Source: Alphaproteobacteria bacterium
GTDB lineage: Bacteria > Pseudomonadota > Alphaproteobacteria > CACIAM-22H2
DNA length: 64,000 bases
Reading direction: 5' to 3'
Assembly (NCBI GenBank): GCA_016124335.1
Contig: WGNX01000009.1
Coordinates: 101,658-165,657, forward strand
A program made the translations under genes and the position numbers. Positions within the stretch are counted from its first letter, which is position 1; each line of letters opens with the position of its first letter. The notes beneath the pieces were generated by a model, which had not been told where the DNA came from, did not search any database, and was given only the letters and a program-made list of their open reading frames with translations. This document shows positions 1 to 12,109 of this stretch, piece by piece.

Positions 1-221
1 TCGACGGCTTAGCATTCCGTTAACCGGCGGCCGTCTAGCGTCATGGTGCGGCTGCCAATACGCGTGGCACGCTCCAGCGACGTTGGCAGATGCAAATCCG
101 CCCCGACCGGCGATCGCCGGTCGGGGCGGTCCATTTCAATCGACTCATGTTCAACGATGCCACTTGCCGCTTGCGGCCGCCGGGCGTATGTCCCTGCGAC
201 CAGCAAACAGGGCACATCCGA

Positions 222-1805
222 TTGAGTACGCCATCTTCGTCCCACGCCTCGTCGCGCCGCACGTTCGCGATCATCTCGCACCCGGACGCCGGTAAAACCA
301 CTTTGACCGAAAAGCTGCTGCTTTTCGGCGGTGCCATCCGCATGGCCGGCCAGGTGAAGGCGCGCGGCGAACGTCGCCGCGCGCGCTCGGACTGGATGGC
401 GATCGAGCAGGCGCGCGGCATCTCCGTGACAAGCTCGGTGATGACGTTCGAGCACGACGGCACGACATTCAACCTGCTCGACACGCCCGGCCACGAGGAT
501 TTCAGCGAAGATACCTATCGGACGCTGACGGCCGTCGATTCGGCGGTGATGGTCATCGATGCGGCAAAGGGCATCGAATTGCAGACCAAGAAGCTGTTCG
601 AAGTCTGCCGCCTGCGCGACATCCCCATCAGCGTGTTCGTCAACAAGGTCGATCGCGAGGGGCGTGATCCGTTCGACCTGCTCGACGAGATCGAGAAGAC
701 CCTGCAGCTCGATGTCAGTCCGTTCGTCTGGCCTGTCGGCATGGGCTCGGATTTTCACGGCTGCTTCGATCTGCGTTCAAACCGCTTCCTGACCGGCAAG
801 CCAGGCGGCGGCTTCGAGCGGACGGTGGAAACGACCGGCCCCGACGATACGGCACTCGACGCGCTCGTCGCCGAACGGCCTTTGCGCGAATTCCGCGAAG
901 CGGCGGCGCTTGCACTTTCGGCCTATCCGGTGCTCGATCTCGAGGCCTATCGCGCGGGGAACATGACGCCGGTCTTCTTCGGCAGCGCGCTCAAGGACTA
1001 CGCCGTCGGCTCATTGATCGAAGGCCTGGCGGAGTTCGCCCCACCGCCGCGCCCGCAGCCGGCCGAACCCCGGGAGGTCGACCCCGGCGAGGAACGCGTG
1101 GCGGGATTCGTGTTCAAGGTCCAGGCGAACATGGATCCCAATCATCGCGACCGCATCGCGTTTTTCCGCATCTGCTCGGGCCGGTTCCGGCGCGGCATGA
1201 AATTGACGCAAGTGCGCACCGGCAAGGCGATCGCGATCCACAGCCCGATCTTCTTTTTCGCACAGGAGCGCGAAATCGCGGACGAGGCCTTGCCCGGCGA
1301 CATCATCGGCATTCCCAATCACGGCACGTTGCGCGTGGGCGACACGCTGACCGAGGGCGAAACGTTGCGCTTTACGGGCATCCCCAATTTCGCGCCCGAA
1401 ATCCTGCGTCGCGTGCGCCTCGACGATCCGATCAAAGCCAAGCAGCTGCGCCGGGCGCTTGAAGATCTCGCCGAAGAGGGTGTCACGCAGGTGTTTCGCC
1501 CGATCCTCGGATCGCAATGGATCGTCGGCGTCGTCGGCCCGCTCCAGATCGAAGTGCTCGCCTCCCGCATCGCGGCTGAATATGACGTCAAGGTCGGCTT
1601 CGAACCGGCGCCGTTCGAAACCGCGCGTTGGGTTACAGGCACGGATGGCGCGCAGGTGAAGAAATTCGTCGACGCCAATCGGGGAAGCATTGCCGAAGAC
1701 CGCGACGACGCGCCGGTGTTTCTCGCGCGCAACGCCTGGGAACTCAACCGGACAACGCAGGACTGGCCGGATCTGACCTTCCGGACGACGCGCGAACGCG
1801 GCTAG
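222..1805 (+). CDS. prfC: Peptide chain release factor 3
   Basis: RRTFAIISHPDAGKTT P-loop, LLDTPGHEDFSEDTYR, VFKVQANMDPNHRDRIAF motifs. TTG at 222 chosen over the ORF-track start at 90. Confidence 0.97.
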   Translation: MSTPSSSHASSRRTFAIISHPDAGKTTLTEKLLLFGGAIRMAGQVKARGERRRARSDWMAIEQARGISVTSSVMTFEHDGTTFNLLDTPGHEDFSEDTYRTLTAVDSAVMVIDAAKGIELQTKKLFEVCRLRDIPISVFVNKVDREGRDPFDLLDEIEKTLQLDVSPFVWPVGMGSDFHGCFDLRSNRFLTGKPGGGFERTVETTGPDDTALDALVAERPLREFREAAALALSAYPVLDLEAYRAGNMTPVFFGSALKDYAVGSLIEGLAEFAPPPRPQPAEPREVDPGEERVAGFVFKVQANMDPNHRDRIAFFRICSGRFRRGMKLTQVRTGKAIAIHSPIFFFAQEREIADEALPGDIIGIPNHGTLRVGDTLTEGETLRFTGIPNFAPEILRRVRLDDPIKAKQLRRALEDLAEEGVTQVFRPILGSQWIVGVVGPLQIEVLASRIAAEYDVKVGFEPAPFETARWVTGTDGAQVKKFVDANRGSIAEDRDDAPVFLARNAWELNRTTQDWPDLTFRTTRERG

Positions 1806-2224
1806 GCCTGCGGGCGCGCACCGGCCGCGGGCGGCACTTCGCTTTTCTTGATTTCGGCGACGGTTCCGGTGATGTACTCGATCGGAACGCTCGCGACGAT
1901 GCCTTCCGACGGCATCGAGATCATGAACGCGATCTGCCCGCCCACATTCACGAGATTCTTTTTCGATTTCATCGGCAGCGGAATTTTCCGCTTGCGGCAC
2001 AGCATGATGAGGGCAGCGGTCATCTGCGCGTCCTCCATGATGAAAGTCGCGCTATCGCCGTCCTTCTTCTTCACTTCGATCTTGAACGAGAGCCGGTCGC
2101 GGTCGATGGTCAATTTGGTCGCACGGCCATTGGGCGGCGGCTCGCCTTGCGTCCGCTTCCAGTCGAACGCGGCTGCCACGAGATCGATATTCTCGAAAAA
2201 GATGACCCGGTATTCGCTGGCCAC
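1802..2224 (-). CDS. Hypothetical protein, 140 aa, Lys-rich
   Basis: Protein-like composition unlike shadow ORFs; GTG start preceded by GGGGGTGGA; 4-nt convergent overlap with prfC. Confidence 0.75.
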   Translation of the reverse strand: MASEYRVIFFENIDLVAAAFDWKRTQGEPPPNGRATKLTIDRDRLSFKIEVKKKDGDSATFIMEDAQMTAALIMLCRKRKIPLPMKSKKNLVNVGGQIAFMISMPSEGIVASVPIEYITGTVAEIKKSEVPPAAGARPQA

Positions 2225-2349
2225 GCGCTTTCCACCCCCGCCTGATCCGCCAAACCACTATCATGGAACGCGGATTTTGGCATCTGCCGGGGCCCTCGCT
2301 TCGGGCAAGTAGTGCGTCTAATGTCCGGTCTGGGGCAGCGATTGAACCG

Positions 2350-3168
2350 ATGAAATCCGGCGAACCCGAATTCCACTGCACGGCGACACTGACGGCAAAC
2401 GAAGGTCGCGAACGGCTGGCAACGCGCAGTTTTTCGGCGGTCGACACAGCTGCCGACTGGGCCATGGCAACGGCTGGCCGTCTGAAAACGGCTCTCGGCG
2501 GCGCCTATGGCCAGGTGGAGCAAAGCCTCGGCATCGTCATCGAGGGCCGCCTTTCGAGCGAGCAGCAGGGCCGCGCCACGGTTGTCTTTCAGGGGACGCT
2601 TGCCGAAGCGGAAGCCGGGCTTGCCGGCCAGATCGAGCATTTCCGTTCGATCTTGCTTCCGCGAATCCGGGCCAACGCGACCGAGCGCCAGCGCGCCAAA
2701 CGGTCGAAAGCGACACGAACCGTTGGTCTTTTTGCGGGCGTCGCGGCATTCGCGGCAGTTGCGTACGGCGTCTATCTTTACGTGCCACCGTTTCTCGATC
2801 CTGATCGGGCGGCCGAGGCGATCTTGTCGAGACCGCCGGCCGACGTCGTCGGCCGGTGGGCGCTCGGGCGAAATGCCGCGAATTGCGAGACGAACTATGT
2901 CGAATTCGCCGCGGGCCGATACGAAGCGATGGTGGGTGGGAACCGCCAGCGGTTCGCTGCGGCATATTCGCAGCCGAGCGACGATTCCATGCGCGTCGAA
3001 TATGCCGAAGGCGGCATCCGCCTTGCGCAGGTCTTCAAGCGATCTGCGGAAACCGGACGGCTGACGATCGTCTCGGTCCAGTCGAGCATGGCCGAGATCG
3101 AAAATGCCGCCAAGCGGGCGGTGGGAACACAGCTCACCAAATGTCCGGAACCGCCGGCGGCGCGTTAG
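2350..3168 (+). CDS. Hypothetical single-pass membrane protein
   Basis: Central hydrophobic segment VGLFAGVAAFAAVAYGVYLYV preceded by a basic stretch; start uncertain (2263 or 2350). Confidence 0.7.
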   Translation: MKSGEPEFHCTATLTANEGRERLATRSFSAVDTAADWAMATAGRLKTALGGAYGQVEQSLGIVIEGRLSSEQQGRATVVFQGTLAEAEAGLAGQIEHFRSILLPRIRANATERQRAKRSKATRTVGLFAGVAAFAAVAYGVYLYVPPFLDPDRAAEAILSRPPADVVGRWALGRNAANCETNYVEFAAGRYEAMVGGNRQRFAAAYSQPSDDSMRVEYAEGGIRLAQVFKRSAETGRLTIVSVQSSMAEIENAAKRAVGTQLTKCPEPPAAR

Positions 3169-3574
3169 ACCGTCCGTATCGCTCGATCAGGTGAATCACC
3201 GTATCCGGCCGGGCGATCGGCGGAACGTGTCCGCAGACCGACCACCAGTCATGGGAGCCGGCTCCGGACTGTCGACAATGCGGGATTTTTCCGCCGGCAT
3301 GGGCAGGATGACCGGAATTTCATCGGAAATCGGCCGAGGCAAGGCGGTAGCCGTCCGGCTACCGGCATTGCAGGACGCGGCTCCGGATGGGGCCAAATCG
3401 GCCGAAAATCCGGCCAACAGTCGGCATTCGCTTCGAAATCCGCCGTTCCCGGCCACCGCGGGAAGGGCCCGGCCACCGAATCCCGCCCCGACAGCGGCAA
3501 TACGGCTTTTGTTGCGCGTTTCGGGCCAAATCTATAAAGACGTAGGCTCTAGTTCTACTTTCAGGAGCGATTAG

Positions 3575-3784
3575 ATGCCCGTCGGTAAGGTCAAGTGGTT
3601 CAATGGCACCAAAGGTTACGGCTTTATCCAGCCGGAAAGCGGCGGTGCGGACGTGTTCGTGCATATCTCGGCGGTCGAGCGCGCCGGGCTTCGCGGGCTC
3701 AATGAAGGCCAGAAGGTGTCGTACGAAGAAAAGCCCGACCCCAAGAAGGGCAAGACGGCGGCGGACAACCTGAAGCTGGTCTGA
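3575..3784 (+). CDS. cspA: Cold-shock protein (CspA family)
   Basis: GKVKWFN, RNP1 KGYGFI, RNP2 DVFVHIS; RBS CAGGAG. Confidence 0.96.
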   Translation: MPVGKVKWFNGTKGYGFIQPESGGADVFVHISAVERAGLRGLNEGQKVSYEEKPDPKKGKTAADNLKLV

Positions 3785-3865
3785 CGACGGTTCCCCGAAC
3801 GCGCGGAACCGAAGCGCTGCGGCTACAGCCCGGCGCCCTCCTTCCGATCGTGGGCATTGTTCGTG

Positions 3866-3895
3866 CGCGCCTCGCTCCTGCCGGAGCGGGGCGCG
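3866..3895 (+). terminator. Stem-loop downstream of cspA, possible terminator
   Basis: CGCGCCTCGCTCC-TGCC-GGAGCGGGGCGCG, 13-bp stem with one G.U, followed by only a weak T tract. Confidence 0.4.
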
Positions 3896-3992
3896 TTGCG
3901 TTTATGGGCCCATGCATGGCGCCGTCTTGATCGATCCGGCGCCGGTGTGACAGACAGTATGCGCACGCCCGCACCCTCAGCATGGATGTAGG

Positions 3993-5209
3993 ATGACGCA
4001 GAAAGTCGATCGAGTCTGGTCGAACGCACGTCTGCTGACCGTTGCGGCCGGCGGCCCGAACAACATCGAAGGCGGTGTCGTCGCGTGTCGCGCGGGGCGC
4101 ATCGTTTATGCCGGGTCGCAAGCGGATGCGCCGGCCATGGACGCGCCCGTGCGTACCGATTGCGACGGCCGCTGGATCACGCCCGGCCTCATCGACTGCC
4201 ACACCCACCTTGTTTATGCCGGCGATCGCGCGGGCGAATTCGAAATGCGCCTCGAGGGCGCCACCTACGAGCAGATATCCAAAGCCGGCGGCGGCATTGC
4301 TTCGACCGTGCGCGCCACGCGCGCGGCAAGCGAGGACACGCTCGTCCGCCAGTCGCTCGCCCGGCTCGACCGGCTGCTGGCCGAAGGGGTCACGACGGTC
4401 GAGATCAAATCCGGATACGGGCTCGACACCGAAACGGAAGCGCGGATGCTGCGTGCGGCGCGCAAGCTCGGTGCGGCGCGCGACGTGAGCATCCGCACCA
4501 CGTTTCTGGGCGCTCATGCGATGCCGCCCGAATCCCCTGGCGACAAGGATGCCTATATCGCGCGCGTCTGCGAGGAGATGCTCCCCGCGATCGCGCGCGA
4601 AGGGCTTGCCGACGCGGTCGACGGCTTCTGCGAGGGGATTGCCTTTTCGCCCGCGCAGATCGAGCGTTTATTTTCCGTGGCCGGACGGCTCGGCCTCGCG
4701 GTCAAACTTCACGCCGACCAGCTTTCCGATCTTGGTGGCGCGGCGCTTGCGGCACGCCATCGCGCGCTATCGGCAGATCATCTCGAATGGACCAGCGAGG
4801 CGGGTGCCGCCGCCATGGCCGCGGCCGGGACCGTCGCCGTGCTGCTGCCCGGCGCATTCTACGTGCTTCGCGAAACGCGCCTGCCGCCGGTCGAAGCGCT
4901 GCGCCGTCACGGCGTGCCGATCGCGGTCTCGACAGACTGCAACCCCGGAACGTCGCCGATGACTTCGCTCCTGCTCGCGATGAACATGGCCGCGACGTTC
5001 TTCCGACTGACGGTCGCCGAATGCATCGCAGGCGTCACGCGCGAGGCGGCACGAGCGCTCGGCATTGCGGACGATGCAGGAACGCTCGAAGCGGGAAAGT
5101 CCTGCAATCTCGCGATCTGGAACATCGAGCAGCCGGCCGAACTCGTCTACCAGATCGGCTTCAATCCGCTCCATGCACGGGTCTGGCACGGTACGCAATC
5201 GGAGGAATC

Positions 5210-5213
<4 letters not shown>
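3993..5213 (+). CDS. hutI: Imidazolonepropionase
   Basis: [48 protein letters not shown]. Confidence 0.96.
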
Positions 5214-6874
<1,661 letters not shown>

Positions 6875-6962
6875 ACGCGCCTGCGCGGCAAGACGCTTGC
6901 AGGGTTAACGATCCGCACGCACTCTGGCGTTCCGGATCGTCAAACCCTCGGGGGGTCTCGCC

Positions 6963-8504
6963 ATGCGCATCCGTCTTGCTCTGTTCGCGGTCCTGCTGGC
7001 CTGTGCCGGCGAAGCATCGGCAGCCGATCTTCGCGTCGGCGTGGCGAGCGAGCCGACCTATATCGACCCGCACGCCCAGGAACTCGGCGTCAATATCGAC
7101 GTGCGCATGCACATCTTCGACTCGCTCGTGCGAATCGGCGACCGCGAAGAACTGCTTCCCGGTCTCGCCGAAAGCTGGCGGCTGGCCGAAGCCCCGCTGG
7201 TGTGGGAGTTCAAGCTGCGCGCCGGCGCGGTCTTCCATGACGGCGCACCGGTCACGGCCGAAGATGCCGCCTTCTCGATCGCGCGCGCACCGGCGGTGCC
7301 TGGCGCACCTTCCACCTACAGCCGGCACCTGCGAAGCATCGACAAGGTGGAGGTCGTCGATGCATTGACGCTTCGCGTGCGCACGAAGATGCCCAACCCG
7401 CTTCTGCCTGCAAACCTTGCCCATATTGCGGTCGTCGACCGTCGCATCGGCCCGAATGCCGCGCCAAGCGCCTTTCTATCCGGTGCCGCGGCAAACGGCA
7501 CCGGCCCGTACCGGTTCGTCGAATTCGTGCCGGGCGAGCGGCTCGTTCTTCAGGCGAACCCGCGTTATTGGGGACCAAAACCGCGCTGGGACCGCGTGAC
7601 GTTTCGTGCGCTCAAGACGCCGGCCGCCAGGCTTGCCGCGCTTTTGACAGGCGAAGTCGACGCGATCAGCGAAGTCCCGACGAACGATGTCGAGAAACTT
7701 TCGCACGACAAGCGCTTCGTGCTTTCCAAAGGCGTGTCGAACCGCATCATGTTCTGGGCGATGGATACGTCGCGCGAAACGACACCGTTTGCGACCGCAC
7801 GCGACGGCAAGCCCATCGCCAACCCGTTCCGAGACAAGCGTGTGCGCGAAGCCGTGGCGCTGGTCATCGACAAGCCTGCACTTGTCGACCGGCTGATGGA
7901 GGGGCTGGCCGTCGTCGCGAACCAGATCCCGCTCGAAGGCCATAACGGCTACATCGCGAACCTGAACACGCCGAAGGCCGATCTGCCGCGTGCGCGCAAG
8001 CTGATGGCCGAGGCCGGCTATGCCGACGGCTTCAAGCTCACCATCCACACGACGAACGGCCGCTACGTCAACGACGTGAACCTGGCGCAGGCCGTCGCGC
8101 AGATGCTTTCCCGCCTCAACATCGAAGTGTCCGTCCAGCCCATGCAGGTCGCGACCTATTTCACGCAGGCGCGGAACCGCGAATTCACGTTCCTTCAGGT
8201 CGGCTGGGGCCACAGTTCGACCGACCCGCTCCTCGTCATGCGCGAGACTTTCCATTCGAAGGCGGCGAACAACTATGGCAGCTGGTCGAACGCGACTGTC
8301 GACCGGCTCCTCGATACCGCCGAGACCGAACTGGACTTCGCCAAGCGTCAGGAGGAAATCGCCGAAGTCACCCGCATATCGAATGCCGAAGCCGTGATCG
8401 TTCCCACGCACTATCAGGTCAATGTCTGGGTCTCGAAGCGTGGCATCCGCTACGTGCCGCGGCGCGACGAGACGACGCTGGCCGACAATTTCCGCGCCGA
8501 ATAG
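6963..8504 (+). CDS. ABC transporter substrate-binding protein, family 5 (Dpp/Opp-like)
   Basis: Signal peptide, PGLAESW, WEFKLRAGAVFHDG, NGTGPYRFVEF, NPFRDKRVREA. Confidence 0.92.
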   Translation: MRIRLALFAVLLACAGEASAADLRVGVASEPTYIDPHAQELGVNIDVRMHIFDSLVRIGDREELLPGLAESWRLAEAPLVWEFKLRAGAVFHDGAPVTAEDAAFSIARAPAVPGAPSTYSRHLRSIDKVEVVDALTLRVRTKMPNPLLPANLAHIAVVDRRIGPNAAPSAFLSGAAANGTGPYRFVEFVPGERLVLQANPRYWGPKPRWDRVTFRALKTPAARLAALLTGEVDAISEVPTNDVEKLSHDKRFVLSKGVSNRIMFWAMDTSRETTPFATARDGKPIANPFRDKRVREAVALVIDKPALVDRLMEGLAVVANQIPLEGHNGYIANLNTPKADLPRARKLMAEAGYADGFKLTIHTTNGRYVNDVNLAQAVAQMLSRLNIEVSVQPMQVATYFTQARNREFTFLQVGWGHSSTDPLLVMRETFHSKAANNYGSWSNATVDRLLDTAETELDFAKRQEEIAEVTRISNAEAVIVPTHYQVNVWVSKRGIRYVPRRDETTLADNFRAE

Positions 8505-8505
8505 C

Positions 8506-9531
8506 TCAGGCGAACAGCGATTTCTCGTCGATTTCGCACGCAAGGCGATAAAGATAATCGCCGCGCCTCACGAGTGCGGGCACGCGCTTGACCAGTACGA
8601 TCCCGTCGTGCGCGAACTCGGCCGCAAGTGACGGACGATCGAGTTCACCGAGCGGATGCACGTAACCGGCCAGCGTACCCTTGCGCACTTCGGCGCCCAC
8701 CTCGTGGAGCGGTTCGAAAATGCCATCGGTCGGCGACATGACCGACGATTGGGCACCCAGCGGCGACACGAGCCGGGTCGAATGCATATGCCCGGCAGGC
8801 GCTTCGCCATCCATGACGCCAAAATGCACGAGGAGCCGCGTTAGGCCGGCCCGTCCGATCTCGAGTGCCGCCGGATCGATCGTGCCGCCGCCGGCAAGCT
8901 CGGTCGAGATCATCGGCACGCCCAGCCGATCGCAGGCCGCCGACATCGAGCGGCTGTCCGAAGTGGCCTTCGCGCAGACGGTATAGGGCGCGCCGAACGC
9001 GCGCGCGCCGGCCAGCTTGCGGCGCAGCAGATCGGCCCCGCCGCCGCAATGGAGATAGACGCTCGGCGCATAGACGGTGGCGCTGCCGCCCGAGTGGATG
9101 TCGACCGCACCCTGCGACATCGCCAACAGGACGGTCTCGGCATAGTGCGCGATCGCTGCGGTGGGCGAGCCGTCGGCGTCACCTGGAAAAGCCCTGTTCA
9201 GATTGCCGTCATCGAGCGGGGAAACGCGCGCGGCGGCCAGGACTGCCGGATAGTTGAGTGCCGGAAGCACGATAAGCCGGCCTCGCACGCGTTTGGGGTC
9301 GAGCGTCCGGGCAAGGCGATGCAGCAAAGCCTGCCCTTCATACTCGTCGCCATGATTGCCCGCCGTAAGCAGAATTGTCGGCCCCGCACCGTTCGCGATG
9401 ACGGCAATCGGGATCGGGATCGTGCTGAATGCGTGGCGGTTGTCGGAATGGATCAGCCGCAGGTAGCCCAGCTGCCGGCCCGGCCTGTCATATTCGATAT
9501 CGGTGGTAATGCGTGTCGGCGTTAGGCCCAT
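8506..9531 (-). CDS. Succinylglutamate desuccinylase/aspartoacylase-family deacylase (DoeB-like)
   Basis: GNHGDEYEG, NLNRAFPG, DIHSGG, TELAGGG zinc-hydrolase motifs; RBS GGAGATGGAG. Confidence 0.88.
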   Translation of the reverse strand: MGLTPTRITTDIEYDRPGRQLGYLRLIHSDNRHAFSTIPIPIAVIANGAGPTILLTAGNHGDEYEGQALLHRLARTLDPKRVRGRLIVLPALNYPAVLAAARVSPLDDGNLNRAFPGDADGSPTAAIAHYAETVLLAMSQGAVDIHSGGSATVYAPSVYLHCGGGADLLRRKLAGARAFGAPYTVCAKATSDSRSMSAACDRLGVPMISTELAGGGTIDPAALEIGRAGLTRLLVHFGVMDGEAPAGHMHSTRLVSPLGAQSSVMSPTDGIFEPLHEVGAEVRKGTLAGYVHPLGELDRPSLAAEFAHDGIVLVKRVPALVRRGDYLYRLACEIDEKSLFA

Positions 9532-9702
9532 GGCTCCATCTCCGGCGCTGGTCGCCTGCCGAGCGTACATGCAATTGGGAAGGAAGGAATACCGGCGCGC
9601 ATATGAGACACCTTAATCGGCGCATGAAGGTCGCGCCGGATTCATGAATACCTTCAACCTTTTTGGCTTGCGGGCACGCTTGTGAAGGTTCGTAATTTCG
9701 GC

Positions 9703-9718
9703 TGGCACAAAGCCTGCA
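9703..9718 (+). promoter_or_regulatory. Putative sigma54 (-24/-12) promoter
   Basis: TGGCACAAAGCCTGCA with exact GG-N10-GC spacing, 36 nt upstream of the ATG at 9755. Confidence 0.6.
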
Positions 9719-9754
9719 GAATTCGAAGGCTTCACCGCCAGCCAGGAAGCCAGA

Positions 9755-12109
9755 ATGCAATCCGGATCCTCCGGCCATCCGACAAAGGTTGAAATCGGTC
9801 GACGCGAACGGCGGATCGAGGATTCGCGCCTGCTTCGCGGAGAGGCGGAGTTTCTGGCCGACATTTCCGACGACGGCGTCCTGCACGGGGTCGTCGTCCG
9901 ATCGCCCCATGCGCATGCGCTCATCCGCTCGATCGACGCCGCCGCCGCGGCCAAATTGCCTGGCGTCAGGCTTGTCCTGACCGGCGCCGATCTCGACACG
10001 CTGCCCGTCAAGCCGATCAGCGCATTCGGCCCGGCGACGCTTGCCGGCAAGCCGGTTGCGGTGGATGCGCCGCCCTACGAACTTCTCGCACGCTCGCGGG
10101 TGCGCCATGTCGGCGAACCGGTTGCCTTCGTCGTGGCCGAAACCGAGGCGACGGCGCTCGAGGCAGCGGAATGTGTCGCCATCGACTACGAGCCGCTCGA
10201 CGCGGCGATCGCGCCCGACGACGAACACGCAATGCTCGGCTTCGAGACCGAACTGGGCGATCCGGCCGCCGCAGACGCCGCTTTCGCGAAGGCGGATCGT
10301 GTGGTCGAAATCGACGTCGTCAACCAGCGCGTCGCCGCCGTTCCGCTGGAGCCGCGTGGCGCCCAGAGCGAAGTCGACGGTAAGCGTGTCATCCTGCGGA
10401 CCGGCACACAGGCACCGCACCTGCTGCGACGCGTCCTGGCCAAGGACGTGTTCGGATGGCCGGAGGAAAAGCTGCGCGTGATCGTCCCCGACACGGGCGG
10501 CGGATTTGGCGCGAAGGCCCCCGTCTATCGCGAGCAAGGGCTCGTGGTCTGGGCGGCGATCTGCACCGGCCGCCCCGTGCGCTGGCTGTCGTCGCGCACC
10601 GAGGCGTTCCAGTCGGACACGGCGGGCCGCGACATGCGATCGCGCATCGCGCTTGCACTGCGCGCGGATGGCAAGATCCTGGCACTGCGCGCACGCATCG
10701 ACGCCAATCTTGGCGCGTACCTCTCGTATTTCGGCGGCGTACCGGCAAATATCGGTCTTGCGGGCCTTGTCGGCGCCTATGCGATCGCGTGCGTCGATAT
10801 CCGCTCGCGCGGCTATTTCACGAATACGTTGCCGGTGGATGCCTATCGCGGCGCCGGCCGCCCCGAAGCGATCTATGCGATCGAGCGCGCCATCGACAAG
10901 GCTGCCCACGAATTGGGCTTGGCACCCGACGAAATGCGCAAGCGCAATCTCGTGCCGCGCGAAGCGATCCCCTACCGCACGCCGGTTGGCACGCTCTACG
11001 ACAGCGGGGATTTCGTCGGGAGCGTCGAACGTCTGACAGCGCTCGCCGATACGCGCGGATTTCCCGCGCGCCGTGCGATGGCGCGCGCGCGCGGCAGGCT
11101 GCTCGGTCTCGGCATCGCCTATTATATCGAACGGGCAGCCGGCGGCGCCGAAGAAGCCGCGCGCATCGTTCTCGACCACGAGGGCGGCGCTGACGTGATG
11201 ATCGGCACGATGCCCGCCGGCCAGGGCCACGTCACCGCCTATACGCAGATCGTCGCCGACCGGCTCGGCCTTGATCCGGCGCGCATCCGTATCCATCAGG
11301 GCGATACCGACATCGTGACACGCGGTGTCGGCACCTTCGGCTCGCGTTCGCTTCCGGTCGGCGGGTCGGCATTGCGCCGCGCGGTCGAACGGATGATCGA
11401 GATTCTGCACCCTTACGCGAGCGACCATCTCGAGGCCGCGACAGCCGATGTCGAGTTCCAGAATGCACGCTTTGTCGTTGCCGGGACGGACCGCAGCGTC
11501 GACGTCGCGAATCTCGCCGCTGCGCTTCATCGCAAGGTTGGCATCGGCGGCCTGCCCCGGCTGCCCGGCAGTCTCGGCGTGGATCTCTCTGCCGAAGGCG
11601 CGTTCCAGCCCGCCGAACCGACATTTCCAAACGGTTGCCATGCGTGCGAAATCGAGATCGACCCCGAGACGGGCGAAGCGACGCTCAGCCGCTATTGCGC
11701 GGTCGACGATTTCGGGAACGAGATAAATCCCATGCTCGTGGACGGCCAGCTCCATGGCGGCATCGCGCAAGGCATCGGCCAGGCACTTCTGGAAGCCGTC
11801 GTCCACGATCCGCACGGGCAGATCCTGACCGGCTCGCTCATGGATTATGCGATGCCGCGGGCGGCCGACATGCCCGATCTGGTCCTCGCGCGAAACCCGG
11901 ATCCCTGCCGCAACAATCCGCTCGGGCTCAAGGGATGTGCCGAGGCGGGTGCCGTGTGTGCGCCGCCGGCCGTTATCAACGCCGTGCTCGACGCACTCGC
12001 GCCGTTGGGCGTCGAGGCGATCGACATGCCTGCCACGCCACAGGCGATCTGGAAAGCAATCCAGCGTGCGCGAACCGAAACGAAAGTGCGGGAGCGCGCC
12101 GATGTCTGA
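9755..12109 (+). CDS. Xanthine dehydrogenase-family molybdopterin-binding subunit (form II CoxL-like)
   Basis: RRIEDSRLLRG, DTGGGFGAK, AYRGAGRPEA, GQGH, GQLHGGIAQGIGQAL, LKGCAEAG. Confidence 0.93.
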   Translation: MQSGSSGHPTKVEIGRRERRIEDSRLLRGEAEFLADISDDGVLHGVVVRSPHAHALIRSIDAAAAAKLPGVRLVLTGADLDTLPVKPISAFGPATLAGKPVAVDAPPYELLARSRVRHVGEPVAFVVAETEATALEAAECVAIDYEPLDAAIAPDDEHAMLGFETELGDPAAADAAFAKADRVVEIDVVNQRVAAVPLEPRGAQSEVDGKRVILRTGTQAPHLLRRVLAKDVFGWPEEKLRVIVPDTGGGFGAKAPVYREQGLVVWAAICTGRPVRWLSSRTEAFQSDTAGRDMRSRIALALRADGKILALRARIDANLGAYLSYFGGVPANIGLAGLVGAYAIACVDIRSRGYFTNTLPVDAYRGAGRPEAIYAIERAIDKAAHELGLAPDEMRKRNLVPREAIPYRTPVGTLYDSGDFVGSVERLTALADTRGFPARRAMARARGRLLGLGIAYYIERAAGGAEEAARIVLDHEGGADVMIGTMPAGQGHVTAYTQIVADRLGLDPARIRIHQGDTDIVTRGVGTFGSRSLPVGGSALRRAVERMIEILHPYASDHLEAATADVEFQNARFVVAGTDRSVDVANLAAALHRKVGIGGLPRLPGSLGVDLSAEGAFQPAEPTFPNGCHACEIEIDPETGEATLSRYCAVDDFGNEINPMLVDGQLHGGIAQGIGQALLEAVVHDPHGQILTGSLMDYAMPRAADMPDLVLARNPDPCRNNPLGLKGCAEAGAVCAPPAVINAVLDALAPLGVEAIDMPATPQAIWKAIQRARTETKVRERADV

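Noticed and set aside
3170..3500. Small ORFs or an RNA element in the spacer upstream of cspA
   Set aside because: No motif, RBS or clear conserved structure could be supported.
3940..3992. HutC operator upstream of hutI
   Set aside because: No convincing TGTA-N2-TACA-like dyad.
4085..5209. Apparent 929-aa HutU with a long N-terminal extension (similar extensions on potA, puuE, livM, nbaC, soxA)
   Set aside because: The extensions are off-frame reads of the upstream gene; internal starts have an RBS or stop/start overlaps.
9606..9626. NtrC site upstream of the sigma54 promoter (GACACC-N6-GGCGCA)
   Set aside because: Spacing and the left half-site deviate from TGCACC-N5-GGTGCA; too weak to call.
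9755..12109. True aerobic CO dehydrogenase
   Set aside because: The active-site loop is AYRGAGR, not form I AYxCSFR, and coxMS and accessory genes are absent.
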